The notes below the pieces were generated by a model that saw nothing but the letters and a program-made list of their open reading frames with translations, had not been told where the DNA came from and ran no database searches. From the IMG/VR virus record IMGVR_UViG_3300010218_000003, positions 66,124-121,054 of that record: DNA of 54,931 nucleotides; one strand, 5' to 3'. Shown piece after piece: positions 21,401 through 30,470 of the stretch; within the stretch, counting starts at the first letter, position 1, and every line of letters begins with the position of its first letter. The translations under genes and the position numbers were made by a program. The DNA is from a virus. Lineage: Duplodnaviria; Heunggongvirae; Uroviricota; Caudoviricetes.

Positions 21401-24400
21401 CTGCGAAAGTCTTTGAGAATCCCTTTACTGCGTCATTAGCACGCTGGACCTTGTGAACTTCATCAATGGACATTCCAAGCTTCTGAGTGATAGGAGTTCC
21501 GTCGTTGTTTCCATTCTCTGCGAAATACTTTGTGAAGTCAGCGAAGGTCTCAATACCCATCTTCTTGAAGTCAGATGCGTACTTCTTCTTGTAGGTTTCG
21601 AATAGCTTGACAGACTCGGAGTTGGCAGCGGTAGCGATCTTGTCGAATACCTTCTTCTTTTCCTCATCCTGAGTATTGTCAAAGATGTCCCACAGATCCT
21701 TAGCGTTCTGACGAACTGCGACTCCAGCCTTCTGCTGAATTGTTCCTGGGTTAGCGAACCATCTGGCGAAGCTCTCGGACTTGTCCTGATCAAACTTCAA
21801 GTTAGTAGCGTCAGACATGTCCTGAGTAGCTTCCTTGATTCTCTTCTTGATAACATCTGAAACGTCATCGAAGTCAACCTTTACCTTTAGCTGTGATTCG
21901 AATTCAGCGTTAGAGAACTTCTCACCCATAATGGCAAGGGCTACCTTGGTAGCTTCCTGCGCCGCGCTTACTGTACCACCGTGAAGACGAACCTTTGTTC
22001 CCTCTTCAATTGCACGAGCCCACTTTTCTGCCTTTGACGCATCGTAATACTTCTGCATGTCATTGTAGGCATCCTTGTTGTTCTTCTTGAACTCGTTCAT
22101 ACGGTCGTTCATTGACTTTAGGTTTTCCTGGTTCTTGGCAACGATCTTCTGCTGCTCAGTGTAGGTGAATCCTAGAGTCTTTGCCCATGCGTCAGCAGAC
22201 TTCTCGACGTTTTCCTGTTCCTTTCGAGAAGCTGCGATGTTCTTGTTAATGACGTACCAAGCTGCACCAATAGCAAGAGCTGCTGCTAGCATCGTTCCCA
22301 TGATTGCTGACATACCACCCATTGCCGCAATTGGACCTGCCATTGAAGCTCCGATTGAACGGAATGCTGTAACACCACGTGCTGCAATTCCACCGAACAT
22401 AGAGCTAGCTGCGGTACCTACTGCTGAGATGGCTGGAAGGACGGCTGTCTTAATAGCTCCACCGACCTTCATGATAGGACCGATTAGCATTGGACCAATG
22501 AGCGCCGCGCCGATTGCAATCTGAGAAATGGTGTACATCATGCTGTCAGCATCGGATGCCATAACTCCCATGAATCCTGCTGCAACAGCTACATTCTGGA
22601 AACTGCTTCCCATCTGCTGCCAGCTTCTACGGGTTCCGGCTGCATTCTGATTAATGCTTGCAGAGGATGCCTGAGCTGCCTGCCAATTTCTAACCTCAGC
22701 GGCAGTAAGAGTTCTACCAGTGGCGTCACGATATCCTGCACCGGTCGTAACAATTGGACCCTGAACAGGAGTAGTTGGAACTGGCTGATTAACTGGGATA
22801 GGCGCTCCGGAAACAGTTCCAGGACGTACACCTAGTCCACCTCTAGCCTGAGCATTATTCAATCCAACCTGAGCACCAGTTGCTCGTCCAAGAGCAATTG
22901 TGAGTTCATTGATGACTGCGGTTAGTGCTGCAATTTGTCCAGTCTGAGTTTGTGCTGCTACACCAGCCTGCATAGAGGCCAGTCTTGCTGCTACTTGTTC
23001 TGGTAGAAGTGCTCTGAATCTGAATACAAGTCCGAGCATTCCGGCACCGAGCTTTAGAGCCTGACCAAGAAGGTTACCAAATAGACCAGCAAGCATGATG
23101 ATAGGACCGGCGATAGCACCAGTGATTACCGCAATTGATGCGAATGTCTTTACAGGGCCAGGAAGCTCATTGAATGCCTTTACGATCTTAGTAACAGCAC
23201 CGACAATGTAACCAGCAACCTCAAGGAACGGCTTACCAGCTTCGGCTAGCTGAACCTTTAGAGATTCAATAGCGATCTTTAGTCGTCCAGATGCTGAATT
23301 CTGTAGGGCTTCCATCTCTCGGCTGGCACTGTCTGCCCATGCTGACTGCTCTTGTCCAGCAATCTTGTAAGCCTTACCAACCTGAGTCGTTTCGTCATTA
23401 AGGTTACCCATTTCTTCAACGATGGCCTGTAGACGTGTGGTCTGCTGAGTTCCGAATAGGGCTGCGAATAGAGCCTGACGATTCTTTCCTCTTAGATTTT
23501 CAGTTGCCTTGTTCAGAGCGACGAAGGTTGGGATAACTTCACCATTAGTCTTGTCAGTTAGCTCTGTTAGGGACTGCTTGGTAAGAATTTCAAACATGTC
23601 CTTAGCCTGCTTTGTTGGCTTAAGGACTCGGGTGAATGACGCCTTAATTGCGTTAGCACCTTCGACAGCATTGATTCCACGGGCACGCATTGCAACAAGC
23701 AATGTACCTACGTCCTGTAGGCTACCACCAAGAGTCTTCATTGGTGCAGCTACCTTTGGAATAGCCTTAGAGAAGTCTTCGATAGATAGAGAGGTTGCAT
23801 TCTCCACCGCGTTCATGTAGTTGAAGTCTTCTGCTAGCTTAGAAGTATTGTCACCATAAACGGACTGCAAGGTGATGGTGGTATCTAGAGCCTTCTGGTA
23901 ATCCATTTCACCAAGGGTTGCAAGACGCATAACCTCAGTTGTCTTACCAATAAGCTCATTACCCTTTTCACCGGTCGCGGCTAGATTAGCCTCTACGCTT
24001 AGGGTGTCCTTCATTGAGGCACCGAATTGTTCTGCTGCCGTCTTTGCAGCTCGCATGGAGTTCGCTCTTAGGGTGGCTGTCTCCTGCATGTTCTTTGCAG
24101 CATTCTGATCCTTCGTAGCAGAGAAGTCGTATACCTTATTGATACGAGTCATCTGTGATTCTACGTCATAAGCAAGCTTACCCATTGCAGCACCGGCCGC
24201 GAGGACAGGCACGGTCAAACCAACCATTAGCTGACGACCGGCCCACTGAGTGTTCTTACCCCACTTGATCATATTCGCAGCAGCGGAATTTGCCACTTGG
24301 CTAACGAGACCCATCTTAATGGCCATCTCGCCCAGAGCGACATTCATAGAAACGGTTCCGGCTCGTACTGCGTTAAGTGTTTGTCTGAAATTTCCTAGGC

Positions 24401-24791
24401 GTGCTGGAGCGTCCCTAGGAACGATAAGATCGAGAGTGCTGCCGCCGCGTGAATTAGTTGTCCACTGTACAGCGGCAGCTCTGCTCAATGCATACTGCTC
24501 ACGGAGAACCTGATTGAAAGTCTGACGATTCTTTAGTGACTGACGAAGAGTAACATCCTGCTTCTGCAATGCCTTAGTGTACATTTCAGATGCGGAGGTA
24601 ACGCGCATTGTCTCGACAGACATATTGCCAAGACCACGAACGTTGTTTCTAAATCCTGCCGCAACTGTCGGTAGAGCAGACCTAGATAGCTGAGCCTGCA
24701 TCGCAGCAAGCTGAGCATTAAGTGCCTCGACCTGAGCCGTGGCCTGTCTAAAGTCCGCAGTACCAGTAAAGCGGATATTAATGTTCTCTAT
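18414..24791 (-). CDS. Tape measure protein with C-terminal lytic transglycosylase and M23 peptidase domains
   Basis: TMP core, long coiled coil; AMQESTL.NL.YGDRDS.GLFQQRPSQGWG (SLT); H.G.D-like and HLS...GNTGNSTGPHLHFE (M23). First ATG is 24701; 24791 is a proposed ATA start. Confidence 0.9.
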   Translation of the reverse strand: MENINIRFTGTADFRQATAQVEALNAQLAAMQAQLSRSALPTVAAGFRNNVRGLGNMSVETMRVTSASEMYTKALQKQDVTLRQSLKNRQTFNQVLREQYALSRAAAVQWTTNSRGGSTLDLIVPRDAPARLGNFRQTLNAVRAGTVSMNVALGEMAIKMGLVSQVANSAAANMIKWGKNTQWAGRQLMVGLTVPVLAAGAAMGKLAYDVESQMTRINKVYDFSATKDQNAAKNMQETATLRANSMRAAKTAAEQFGASMKDTLSVEANLAATGEKGNELIGKTTEVMRLATLGEMDYQKALDTTITLQSVYGDNTSKLAEDFNYMNAVENATSLSIEDFSKAIPKVAAPMKTLGGSLQDVGTLLVAMRARGINAVEGANAIKASFTRVLKPTKQAKDMFEILTKQSLTELTDKTNGEVIPTFVALNKATENLRGKNRQALFAALFGTQQTTRLQAIVEEMGNLNDETTQVGKAYKIAGQEQSAWADSASREMEALQNSASGRLKIAIESLKVQLAEAGKPFLEVAGYIVGAVTKIVKAFNELPGPVKTFASIAVITGAIAGPIIMLAGLFGNLLGQALKLGAGMLGLVFRFRALLPEQVAARLASMQAGVAAQTQTGQIAALTAVINELTIALGRATGAQVGLNNAQARGGLGVRPGTVSGAPIPVNQPVPTTPVQGPIVTTGAGYRDATGRTLTAAEVRNWQAAQASSASINQNAAGTRRSWQQMGSSFQNVAVAAGFMGVMASDADSMMYTISQIAIGAALIGPMLIGPIMKVGGAIKTAVLPAISAVGTAASSMFGGIAARGVTAFRSIGASMAGPIAAMGGMSAIMGTMLAAALAIGAAWYVINKNIAASRKEQENVEKSADAWAKTLGFTYTEQQKIVAKNQENLKSMNDRMNEFKKNNKDAYNDMQKYYDASKAEKWARAIEEGTKVRLHGGTVSAAQEATKVALAIMGEKFSNAEFESQLKVKVDFDDVSDVIKKRIKEATQDMSDATNLKFDQDKSESFARWFANPGTIQQKAGVAVRQNAKDLWDIFDNTQDEEKKKVFDKIATAANSESVKLFETYKKKYASDFKKMGIETFADFTKYFAENGNNDGTPITQKLGMSIDEVHKVQRANDAVKGFSKTFADMQGIPQGKATSDFRDLAKYIPELEKTKQSLISVKQAEDGYYSSLRERSRAGVETSDAEKLNIMNMYRRMAGLEDATKLEDGFKKALDKSTVSLDENMDAWEANTDNVDQFVSAYKDTFANTQEEMLGRAEELMNQQMESEIDGINNNAEARGKALDAAQEKADDRFDARQERTEKRFEAKQEALDKKYEKKQKAFDNRWESIMDNHDKKWDKRTDQTNKYYDARIKKIQDAIKAEEDAEATRQKIFEAEKTRIQRAAEMANMGIDFNVAINSGNLDEAAKIGNNMQANLDTWATEDASAASQSASDKKVEGLNKQVTSLEAERDRRLKVIQQMEEAEKKQLEKRKEREQEALNAQREAANKSLQIARERANKQIQIEREAYNKMIQAQREALQKETQDKIKAVQRKYEKAKWGIEQELATLKAFVPRNKKELDEHIAKVEAAYKKYGVNLKGKGDDWSKYIKDSLNKNIKTAASNLKNTIAWDKIGKAVANEITEGSFGLTIGQFSDWVSTGKLPKSGLNEKSGKNKALDSHHEGGLIGGKPGGSGRTGYSGSRAHSEVDIRAKKGEYMMKDKAVRKYGTDFMENLNNGNIEPGIGGYGDSMGLAGVLGAGMAGMMQAIIQEGIQQGAQQAMMMGIDGMAIPGGAGMYGGIGLSAEQMKNAATIIGVGKGMGANNNDLIVSIMTAMQESTLRNLNYGDRDSLGLFQQRPSQGWGTAEQIMNPSYAARKFFEHLLAMKGRSKLSLTQQAQAVQRSGYPGAYAKWQAMAQQVVAATTFQALTGNGGFRRPINAAVSRPYAQHNNLPRATDFATPVGTPVMSAMNGVVQTSTDLPGSGNGGYRSYGRYVIVANGMDRTLYAHLSNRSAQVGQTVRAGQLIGYSGNTGNSTGPHLHFETWRNGHTVPPGTFGIPGLAVGGKIKYDNTIANLHKNEAVLTAPLTSKLESGIDRIDSGGGNTYNFNINADAINTEIDFEKVITKALNKIEGNRGRSRVVK

Positions 24792-24793
24792 TG

Positions 24794-25159
24794 TCAGTCA
24801 CCTTCTCCCAGAATTCCAATGCCGATTTCGGCAAATTCAAGGGTCTCTGGAGAGACCCCCTGATTCTTGGCTTCTGCACGACGCTTGATATCTTCAAACG
24901 TTGTCGCCGTACTATCAGTAGGGTCTTCGAGATCGATTCCCTTTAGGGCCGCTGCGAACTTGTTCTTCTGGAAATCCTGATCTCTTTTAGATTCCAGAAG
25001 TGATTGAAGTTCGGCCAGTGTTAGATTCTCTTCCATTTCTTCGAAGTTCTTCCAAATACCGAGCAAAAATAGCTCGGCTTCAAGCTTTGCTAGGTCTAGC
25101 TTGTCCCATCCGCCGTCGCCGTCATCATCGCCGCCCTCGCTGCGGCTTCCAGTTCCGGG
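24794..25159 (-). CDS. Tail assembly chaperone, -1 frame C-terminal extension (gpGT-like)
   Basis: Frame open from 25159 (PGTGSRSEGGDDDGDGGWDKLDLAKLEAELFLLGIWKNF...) and overlaps the end of 25096..25446. Confidence 0.75.
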   Translation of the reverse strand, partial: PGTGSRSEGGDDDGDGGWDKLDLAKLEAELFLLGIWKNFEEMEENLTLAELQSLLESKRDQDFQKNKFAAALKGIDLEDPTDSTATTFEDIKRRAEAKNQGVSPETLEFAEIGIGILGEGD

Positions 25160-25446
25160 TCATTCAGCTTGATTCCTGCGCAGATTTCGATGATCTTGTG
25201 AACGGTCGGAATGTCCACAGCTTCTTCATACTTTTCATCATCCTCGTATGCTGGGTAAAGACTTGCCAGGCAAATCTTTGCAGCATCGATAATGAAATCT
25301 ACTACGTCGTCCTCTTCCTTAACCTCTCCAAGTTCCTTCCACTTCTTCATGAACTTGCGAAGGTTCTTAATGTTCAGAGGCTTAAGTGTTACTTCTTCAC
25401 CATCCTGGAGAAGGATCTCCTCTGTGGTGTAAACGCTTGTTGCCAA
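25096..25446 (-). CDS. Tail assembly chaperone (gpG-like)
   Basis: Between major tail and TMP; TTG start with GGAGG. Confidence 0.85.
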   Translation of the reverse strand: MATSVYTTEEILLQDGEEVTLKPLNIKNLRKFMKKWKELGEVKEEDDVVDFIIDAAKICLASLYPAYEDDEKYEEAVDIPTVHKIIEICAGIKLNDPELEAAARAAMMTATADGTS

Positions 25447-25505
25447 TTTTCCTCCTAGTGTTTGTCATCATTATATCAACGGATTGTCACAATCCAAAAT
25501 GCGAA

Positions 25506-25523
25506 AGCCCCCTTTCGGGGGCT
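25506..25523 (-). terminator. Terminator after major tail gene
   Basis: AGCCCCC-GAAA-GGGGGCT followed by TTCGCATTTT. Confidence 0.7.
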
Positions 25524-25542
25524 AACGCTGAAAGTCGTGGTA

Positions 25543-26166
25543 TTAGGCGATGTTCCTGTCCTTAATCACACCGTATTCCTGTCCTGAGAAGCTTGGATCT
25601 GGAAGTAGACGGAATGAGACTGGGAATACCGTAGCCTCATTTCTCCTCAGTGAATGAGAAGAAGACTCGATTGATAGAGCACGTCTTACGTGGTAAATAC
25701 GCTCTCTCTTCGTACCTGCGTCAGCTCGTGGCGCAGGACCAACGAATGCGACGGAACGCTCAGTTGGCTCGTCTCCTAGAGAACCTGCTGCAATAGCTAG
25801 AGTTTCCTCAGTTGCAGTGGTGTCATAGGTATCATTCTGCTGTCCCCAAACGACTAGAAGATTCTCAAGAGTTGCCTCGGAGAAGGTGGTGTTAACCATT
25901 ACTCGCATGGACTGCTTGAATAGCTTCGCGGAGTCAAGGAGCTGGTCAACCTCTACTTCACCGTAGTCTGGCTCGTAAGAGACCTCAACACCTTCACTGG
26001 TAAATCCTGTGTGTCGCCAATTCGCTGATGCGTCTAGCGCAGGAACATAACTACCAGTTCCGGATACGGTTGGAAGGGCTGGCGCGCTGGTCCATTCAGT
26101 AGAGTCTTCTGCTGAAAGGTAAACGGCAGCGGCACCGATGATAATGTTCTTAACCTTGTACGTCAT
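25543..26166 (-). CDS. Major tail protein
   Basis: 207 aa; G.TSEGV.......EVEVDQ motif of siphovirus tail tubes; GAGGTGA RBS. Confidence 0.88.
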   Translation of the reverse strand: MTYKVKNIIIGAAAVYLSAEDSTEWTSAPALPTVSGTGSYVPALDASANWRHTGFTSEGVEVSYEPDYGEVEVDQLLDSAKLFKQSMRVMVNTTFSEATLENLLVVWGQQNDTYDTTATEETLAIAAGSLGDEPTERSVAFVGPAPRADAGTKRERIYHVRRALSIESSSHSLRRNEATVFPVSFRLLPDPSFSGQEYGVIKDRNIA

Positions 26167-26272
26167 ATTTGCTTGTCACCTCTTTTCTGAAAAAGTATAT
26201 CGTTTGTGTTGGCTAGACACACTTCCTCAATTGCCTTCATAGTATATGAAGATTGATTATCATGCGAATTTG

Positions 26273-26776
26273 TTAGACTCGCATGCCATCTTGGTCAAGC
26301 TGAGAGGTGAAACAGATATTAACGATTACTGAACCTGAGTATCTACCACCGGCCTGAACTTCTGGTTCAATTGATGCCATGCTGATGATTCTTGTGTACT
26401 TGAAGTCAAACTTCTTCTGCTCTGCTGTGCCGAATTCTCTCAAGTAATCATTGATGTCATCTGCTGCCCAGTCGTATCTCTTGAGTAGCTGATTAAGATA
26501 GTTAGAGATCTGTCTGATCTGCTTTTCATTGTCAGAGTAGATGATGTATGCAGCCTGTTCATGCTCAAGCCACCAGTCTTCGTACTCGCCATTAGATGCG
26601 TAATTGTAAACAAAGAACGGAACACCAGAGGGCAGGTTAGTTAGTTCCGGCTGCTGCTGTGCCGGAATGAATGGTGACAGCCCATTGTACTTGGACAGAT
26701 CAATTAGGTTTTCTCCGCTGAGCTGATCAATGAGAAACTTGTTTAGTGCATGTGTTGCTGTAATGTCATATGTCAT
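26273..26776 (-). CDS. Tail terminator
   Basis: Size and position upstream of major tail. Confidence 0.65.
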   Translation of the reverse strand: MTYDITATHALNKFLIDQLSGENLIDLSKYNGLSPFIPAQQQPELTNLPSGVPFFVYNYASNGEYEDWWLEHEQAAYIIYSDNEKQIRQISNYLNQLLKRYDWAADDINDYLREFGTAEQKKFDFKYTRIISMASIEPEVQAGGRYSGSVIVNICFTSQLDQDGMRV

Positions 26777-27561
26777 TGTGCCTTCCTCCTTGCCTCGTTC
26801 TTTCTGTTTCTTTCCTGTAGGAATTCAAGGGCTAGTCGTGAGCCGTCTGCCATAGCTGATCTTGAGTCTGCCACTGCAATGCTTCCTGTTCTGAACTTAG
26901 CCTTCTTAAATCTTCTCATGAATCTTGATAGGGCGCTACTGTTAAGATCTCTCTCAAGCACTCTCTTGATTTCACTATTGAATACTTGATCTGCTCCTGC
27001 TCCACCCCACCAATTGGACCAAGCTGCTGTGAATGCTCCAGTGGTTCCCATTCCACCGGGATTTTGTACGAAGATCGGACCCTTTGTGAAAACAATGTCT
27101 CCGCGCTCGTTAGGGAATGCAAGCATCTTAGCTCTCTTAGGCTTGATCGTTACTCCGATGTTATACTCCATGACCATTGCCTTATAGATGAATCTATGCT
27201 TTCTCATGAATGGCTTCTTGTTTCCCTCTGGAAGAGGCACTGGCAACACAGATGCCCTGAATTCAAATGAAGCATACTTGTTGGCTCCACGTCCTCGGAG
27301 AACATTCTTCCAAAGCTGATTCTGAGGAACACCAATCCTTCCCCAGTCATATACGTGGTGGAATTGATTTGGAGCTGTTGGTGCGATGACTGACATGTAT
27401 GCATCGAACTTGGAAGACATTGCTGAGTGAGCATAGTCTAGCACCGGAGCCATATTGACATCAGCCTTAATTTGTGTAGACAAAGTAGACAAGAAGCCAG
27501 TAAGTGCACTGACTTCTGTCGTGTCCGCTGTCACACCCACGAAAGCCTTACCCTTAGCCAC
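26773..27561 (-). CDS. Neck / tail-completion protein
   Basis: GTG start 27561 overlaps upstream stop; position in head-tail block. Confidence 0.6.
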   Translation of the reverse strand: MAKGKAFVGVTADTTEVSALTGFLSTLSTQIKADVNMAPVLDYAHSAMSSKFDAYMSVIAPTAPNQFHHVYDWGRIGVPQNQLWKNVLRGRGANKYASFEFRASVLPVPLPEGNKKPFMRKHRFIYKAMVMEYNIGVTIKPKRAKMLAFPNERGDIVFTKGPIFVQNPGGMGTTGAFTAAWSNWWGGAGADQVFNSEIKRVLERDLNSSALSRFMRRFKKAKFRTGSIAVADSRSAMADGSRLALEFLQERNRKNEARRKAQ

Positions 27562-28048
27562 TCTGGACCTCTGCTCTCTGCAATAGGGCAGTATTTTCGA
27601 TGTGATTTCCAAATGGATCAACTACGGGAGTAGATCCCATAACTTGGAATACCGTAGCTGGCGCTTGATTGATTTCTTCCTCTCGCCAGATAAGATCTCC
27701 TCGGGAGTTCGTGATGTTCGTAACCCTGTCGTACTTGCTAAGAACAACTGACGCAGGGAATTGAATGATCGCCCAGTCAACGTTCTCATAGATATCAGAA
27801 AACCTCTGAGTCGTTCCTGCTGCACGAATACCTCCATTGGTTACACCTCTTACCATGCAATTGATAACAAGGGTCTGATTTCCAGGTGTGTCACTGTCTT
27901 CGTCTGCTACCCATACTCTTTCAATTGCACCAGAGTCTGGATCTTGTACTGTTTCCCAATGTCCACCGGGATTTTCCTGTGGATTGGTTCCAGCCTGACG
28001 AAGTACAGTTGCCCGCATATTGAAGCGAGATCCAATAAGACAACTCAT
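27554..28048 (-). CDS. Head-to-tail stopper
   Basis: 164 aa after adaptor; beta-rich. Confidence 0.65.
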   Translation of the reverse strand: MSCLIGSRFNMRATVLRQAGTNPQENPGGHWETVQDPDSGAIERVWVADEDSDTPGNQTLVINCMVRGVTNGGIRAAGTTQRFSDIYENVDWAIIQFPASVVLSKYDRVTNITNSRGDLIWREEEINQAPATVFQVMGSTPVVDPFGNHIENTALLQRAEVQSG

Positions 28049-28917
28049 ATTACCACCAAGTTACTTAGCTTGTATGGGTTGAGAAGCTGGTCTGCCTTTA
28101 GGTTTCCAGTTCCGTCATATGCAGCCTGAGTATATTCAATTCTCCAGTCTGCCGCCTTCATTGAATTGAGGTACTTGTCTCTGTAAGAGCTGTCCTGGCA
28201 GGCGTAATCTGAAATCAATAGCTTAGCTGCTTCCACAACAGGAGTAGGAATTGATTCGTATCCCCAATCCCCCTCAATGGTGTAGTAAGATGTGTACTTG
28301 AAATCCTTCTTCTTGACAACGCCCGGAGCGTAAATGACTCCAGAGCTGAATTCGTCTAGGACACTCTCTGGTGGAGCGTCCTTGATTGTCCAATATGCAC
28401 CAGGAGTCTGGCCAAGGAACCATCCTTCGCCTCTGATGGTAAATGAACTAATGGCGTAGTCAAACAGGTCGTCTGACATTTCTCGCAATGTCAGAAGGGG
28501 CATTGGAAGGGCTAGCTGAGTGCTGTCGTTACCTACGACATCGATAGTTCCTCGGAACTTCCCGAAAGTCTGCCCAGTGTAAGCCTCAATGATCCTTCGT
28601 ACGATCCTTTCTGCGTCGTACTGATCTTCTGTGGATACGCCATCTAGAAGTGCATCAAGAGTAGACAAAGGAATGATCGGAGTGACAATGTCAACCCAAG
28701 TAGCTCTTTCAAATCCTGTCTGCTTCCAAACAATCTTCAACGTTCCATTGTATTCAGTGAGGTGCCAATCGATTGCAACTGTGTGAATACCGTTAGATGA
28801 CGTGACTGGTAGGTTTGTAGAAAGCACTTCATCACCGCGATAAATATCAGCGGTTAGCGTTCCTGTAACTGGATGTTCCAGCGTTGCTACGCTAGAAGTG
28901 TCTCTGTAAATTTCCAT
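28045..28917 (-). CDS. Head-to-tail adaptor
   Basis: A..I...YTGQ.F and Y...G.WGY..IP..V..AA motifs. Confidence 0.75.
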   Translation of the reverse strand: MEIYRDTSSVATLEHPVTGTLTADIYRGDEVLSTNLPVTSSNGIHTVAIDWHLTEYNGTLKIVWKQTGFERATWVDIVTPIIPLSTLDALLDGVSTEDQYDAERIVRRIIEAYTGQTFGKFRGTIDVVGNDSTQLALPMPLLTLREMSDDLFDYAISSFTIRGEGWFLGQTPGAYWTIKDAPPESVLDEFSSGVIYAPGVVKKKDFKYTSYYTIEGDWGYESIPTPVVEAAKLLISDYACQDSSYRDKYLNSMKAADWRIEYTQAAYDGTGNLKADQLLNPYKLSNLVVI

Positions 28918-28952
28918 GAATGAATTATAGATCCTCGAAGGTTAAATAGCAA

Positions 28953-28972
28953 AGAGGCCCCGAAGGGCCTCT
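28953..28972 (-). terminator. Intrinsic terminator
   Basis: AGAGGCCC-TTCG-GGGCCTCT followed by TTGCTATTT. Confidence 0.75.
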
Positions 28973-28973
28973 A

Positions 28974-29369
28974 TCAGCTATAAAATTCCTTTACTTCTCT
29001 CGGTGAAGCGATGCGGAATCCCTCATAGGATTCGATAATGTAATCTGCATCTCTTTCAGCTACAAGAGCATAAGGATTGGTCTGGGTGAATCGCGCACCG
29101 CGCACTTCGAATGTACCGTTGGCTCTAGTCATCCTTAGTAGAATCTTACTAGATCCGTCGTCTTCCGCTGGCTCATCAAACACCGGGGCTGGCTGAACCT
29201 TTTCGGAATTCTCAGCAGCCTGTACCTGACGCTGGTGATAATCAAATGTAACTCCGCTGTCGATCAGCTTGTTGATAATCACTGTCTTATTGTCGGAAGG
29301 ATCAACGTCAACTGCGTATGCATCCGCTAGCTCACGAAGCTCGTCCACCTTCATCTTGTTGTAACTCAT
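28974..29369 (-). CDS. Hypothetical protein with N-terminal Rho-N/HEH-like motif
   Basis: YNKMKVDELRELADAYAV; follows capsid gene. Confidence 0.65.
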   Translation of the reverse strand: MSYNKMKVDELRELADAYAVDVDPSDNKTVIINKLIDSGVTFDYHQRQVQAAENSEKVQPAPVFDEPAEDDGSSKILLRMTRANGTFEVRGARFTQTNPYALVAERDADYIIESYEGFRIASPREVKEFYS

Positions 29370-29401
29370 ATTTCCTCCATAGGACGATTATAACACAGAA
29401 A

Positions 29402-29419
29402 GGAGGGCCGAAGCCCTCC
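29402..29419 (-). terminator. Terminator after major capsid gene
   Basis: GGAGGGC-TTCG-GCCCTCC followed by TTTCTG. Confidence 0.7.
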
Positions 29420-29442
29420 CTTCTATTTTGCCACATAACTAA

Positions 29443-30438
29443 TTAGGCTGCAATCTTGACGTTCTTTACGACAACGAATGCGTCGGCGTTCTCAATCTGA
29501 GTACCTACACGGCAGTACATTGTGTACTCCGTGGTGTCCTTCTTAGGCTTGAACTCAGTGAAGATCTGGACCTCACGCTTTACACCCCATAGCATATTCT
29601 GCGGGAATGTTAGCCATACATCTGCGTGGTCACCAGAAGCTCCTGAGTAGTCACCATCAAGGGTTTCCTCGAATAGAGGAACCTCCTGCACTGGAATACC
29701 GAATGCATTTCCGGTTGTGAAACCGGCAGGACCATCAGTACGTACACTGCTGTTGATACCCGCAGCCGCTAGGGCTTCTGGAGTAACGTAGTCAGCAGAA
29801 GTGTTCTGTAGACTGAATAGGTAGTCCTGGATTACATTGGAACCAGTGAAGAACTTAAGACCGTTACGACGCTGCATGTACTTACGTGGCATAGCCTTAA
29901 GAGCCTTGTTGAAGACTGAACGGTCAACGCCGTTTCCGCCGTGGTCAATTACATGACCTCCAGCAAGAGCACGCTTGCGCCATCCATCAAAAGCCTTTAG
30001 TAGTGGATTACCGGTTAGGGCAGTGTCACCATTAATTGCTAGATCCTCAAGGTCGTTACCGGCCTGAGTAGCCATTAGACGTGCAATGTGGTCTTCAAGG
30101 GCTTCACCCTCAATGTTGTCCTCAAGGGACTCCGTGGAGATTTCCCAGTCTAGACGAAGCTTCTTGGTGGTAAGAGAAATCTTAGAGAAGGTCGCTCCAG
30201 CGTTTACACCGTCGTCAACGGCCTCTGTAGCTACTCTCATTAGACGCTCACCAATTCCGAGCTTGTCAATGTCAACTGTATCGGCTCTCATACGGATGGT
30301 ACGAACCTGGGTACCGAGAACAGTGGCTTCCCACATGTAATCGATGAATCGGTTAGACTGCTCTGCGTTTAGCAGACCACCTCCACCAGATGCTACCTCA
30401 GTGGTACGAATGACCTTTTCAATTAGCTCATCGCTCAT
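29443..30438 (-). CDS. Major capsid protein (HK97 fold)
   Basis: 331 aa; GG.L..EQ...FI start, EDNIE and LAINGD motifs; follows protease. Confidence 0.92.
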   Translation of the reverse strand: MSDELIEKVIRTTEVASGGGGLLNAEQSNRFIDYMWEATVLGTQVRTIRMRADTVDIDKLGIGERLMRVATEAVDDGVNAGATFSKISLTTKKLRLDWEISTESLEDNIEGEALEDHIARLMATQAGNDLEDLAINGDTALTGNPLLKAFDGWRKRALAGGHVIDHGGNGVDRSVFNKALKAMPRKYMQRRNGLKFFTGSNVIQDYLFSLQNTSADYVTPEALAAAGINSSVRTDGPAGFTTGNAFGIPVQEVPLFEETLDGDYSGASGDHADVWLTFPQNMLWGVKREVQIFTEFKPKKDTTEYTMYCRVGTQIENADAFVVVKNVKIAA

Positions 30439-30470
30439 AGTTGTTGTTCACCTCTTTTCCTTTCAAAGAT

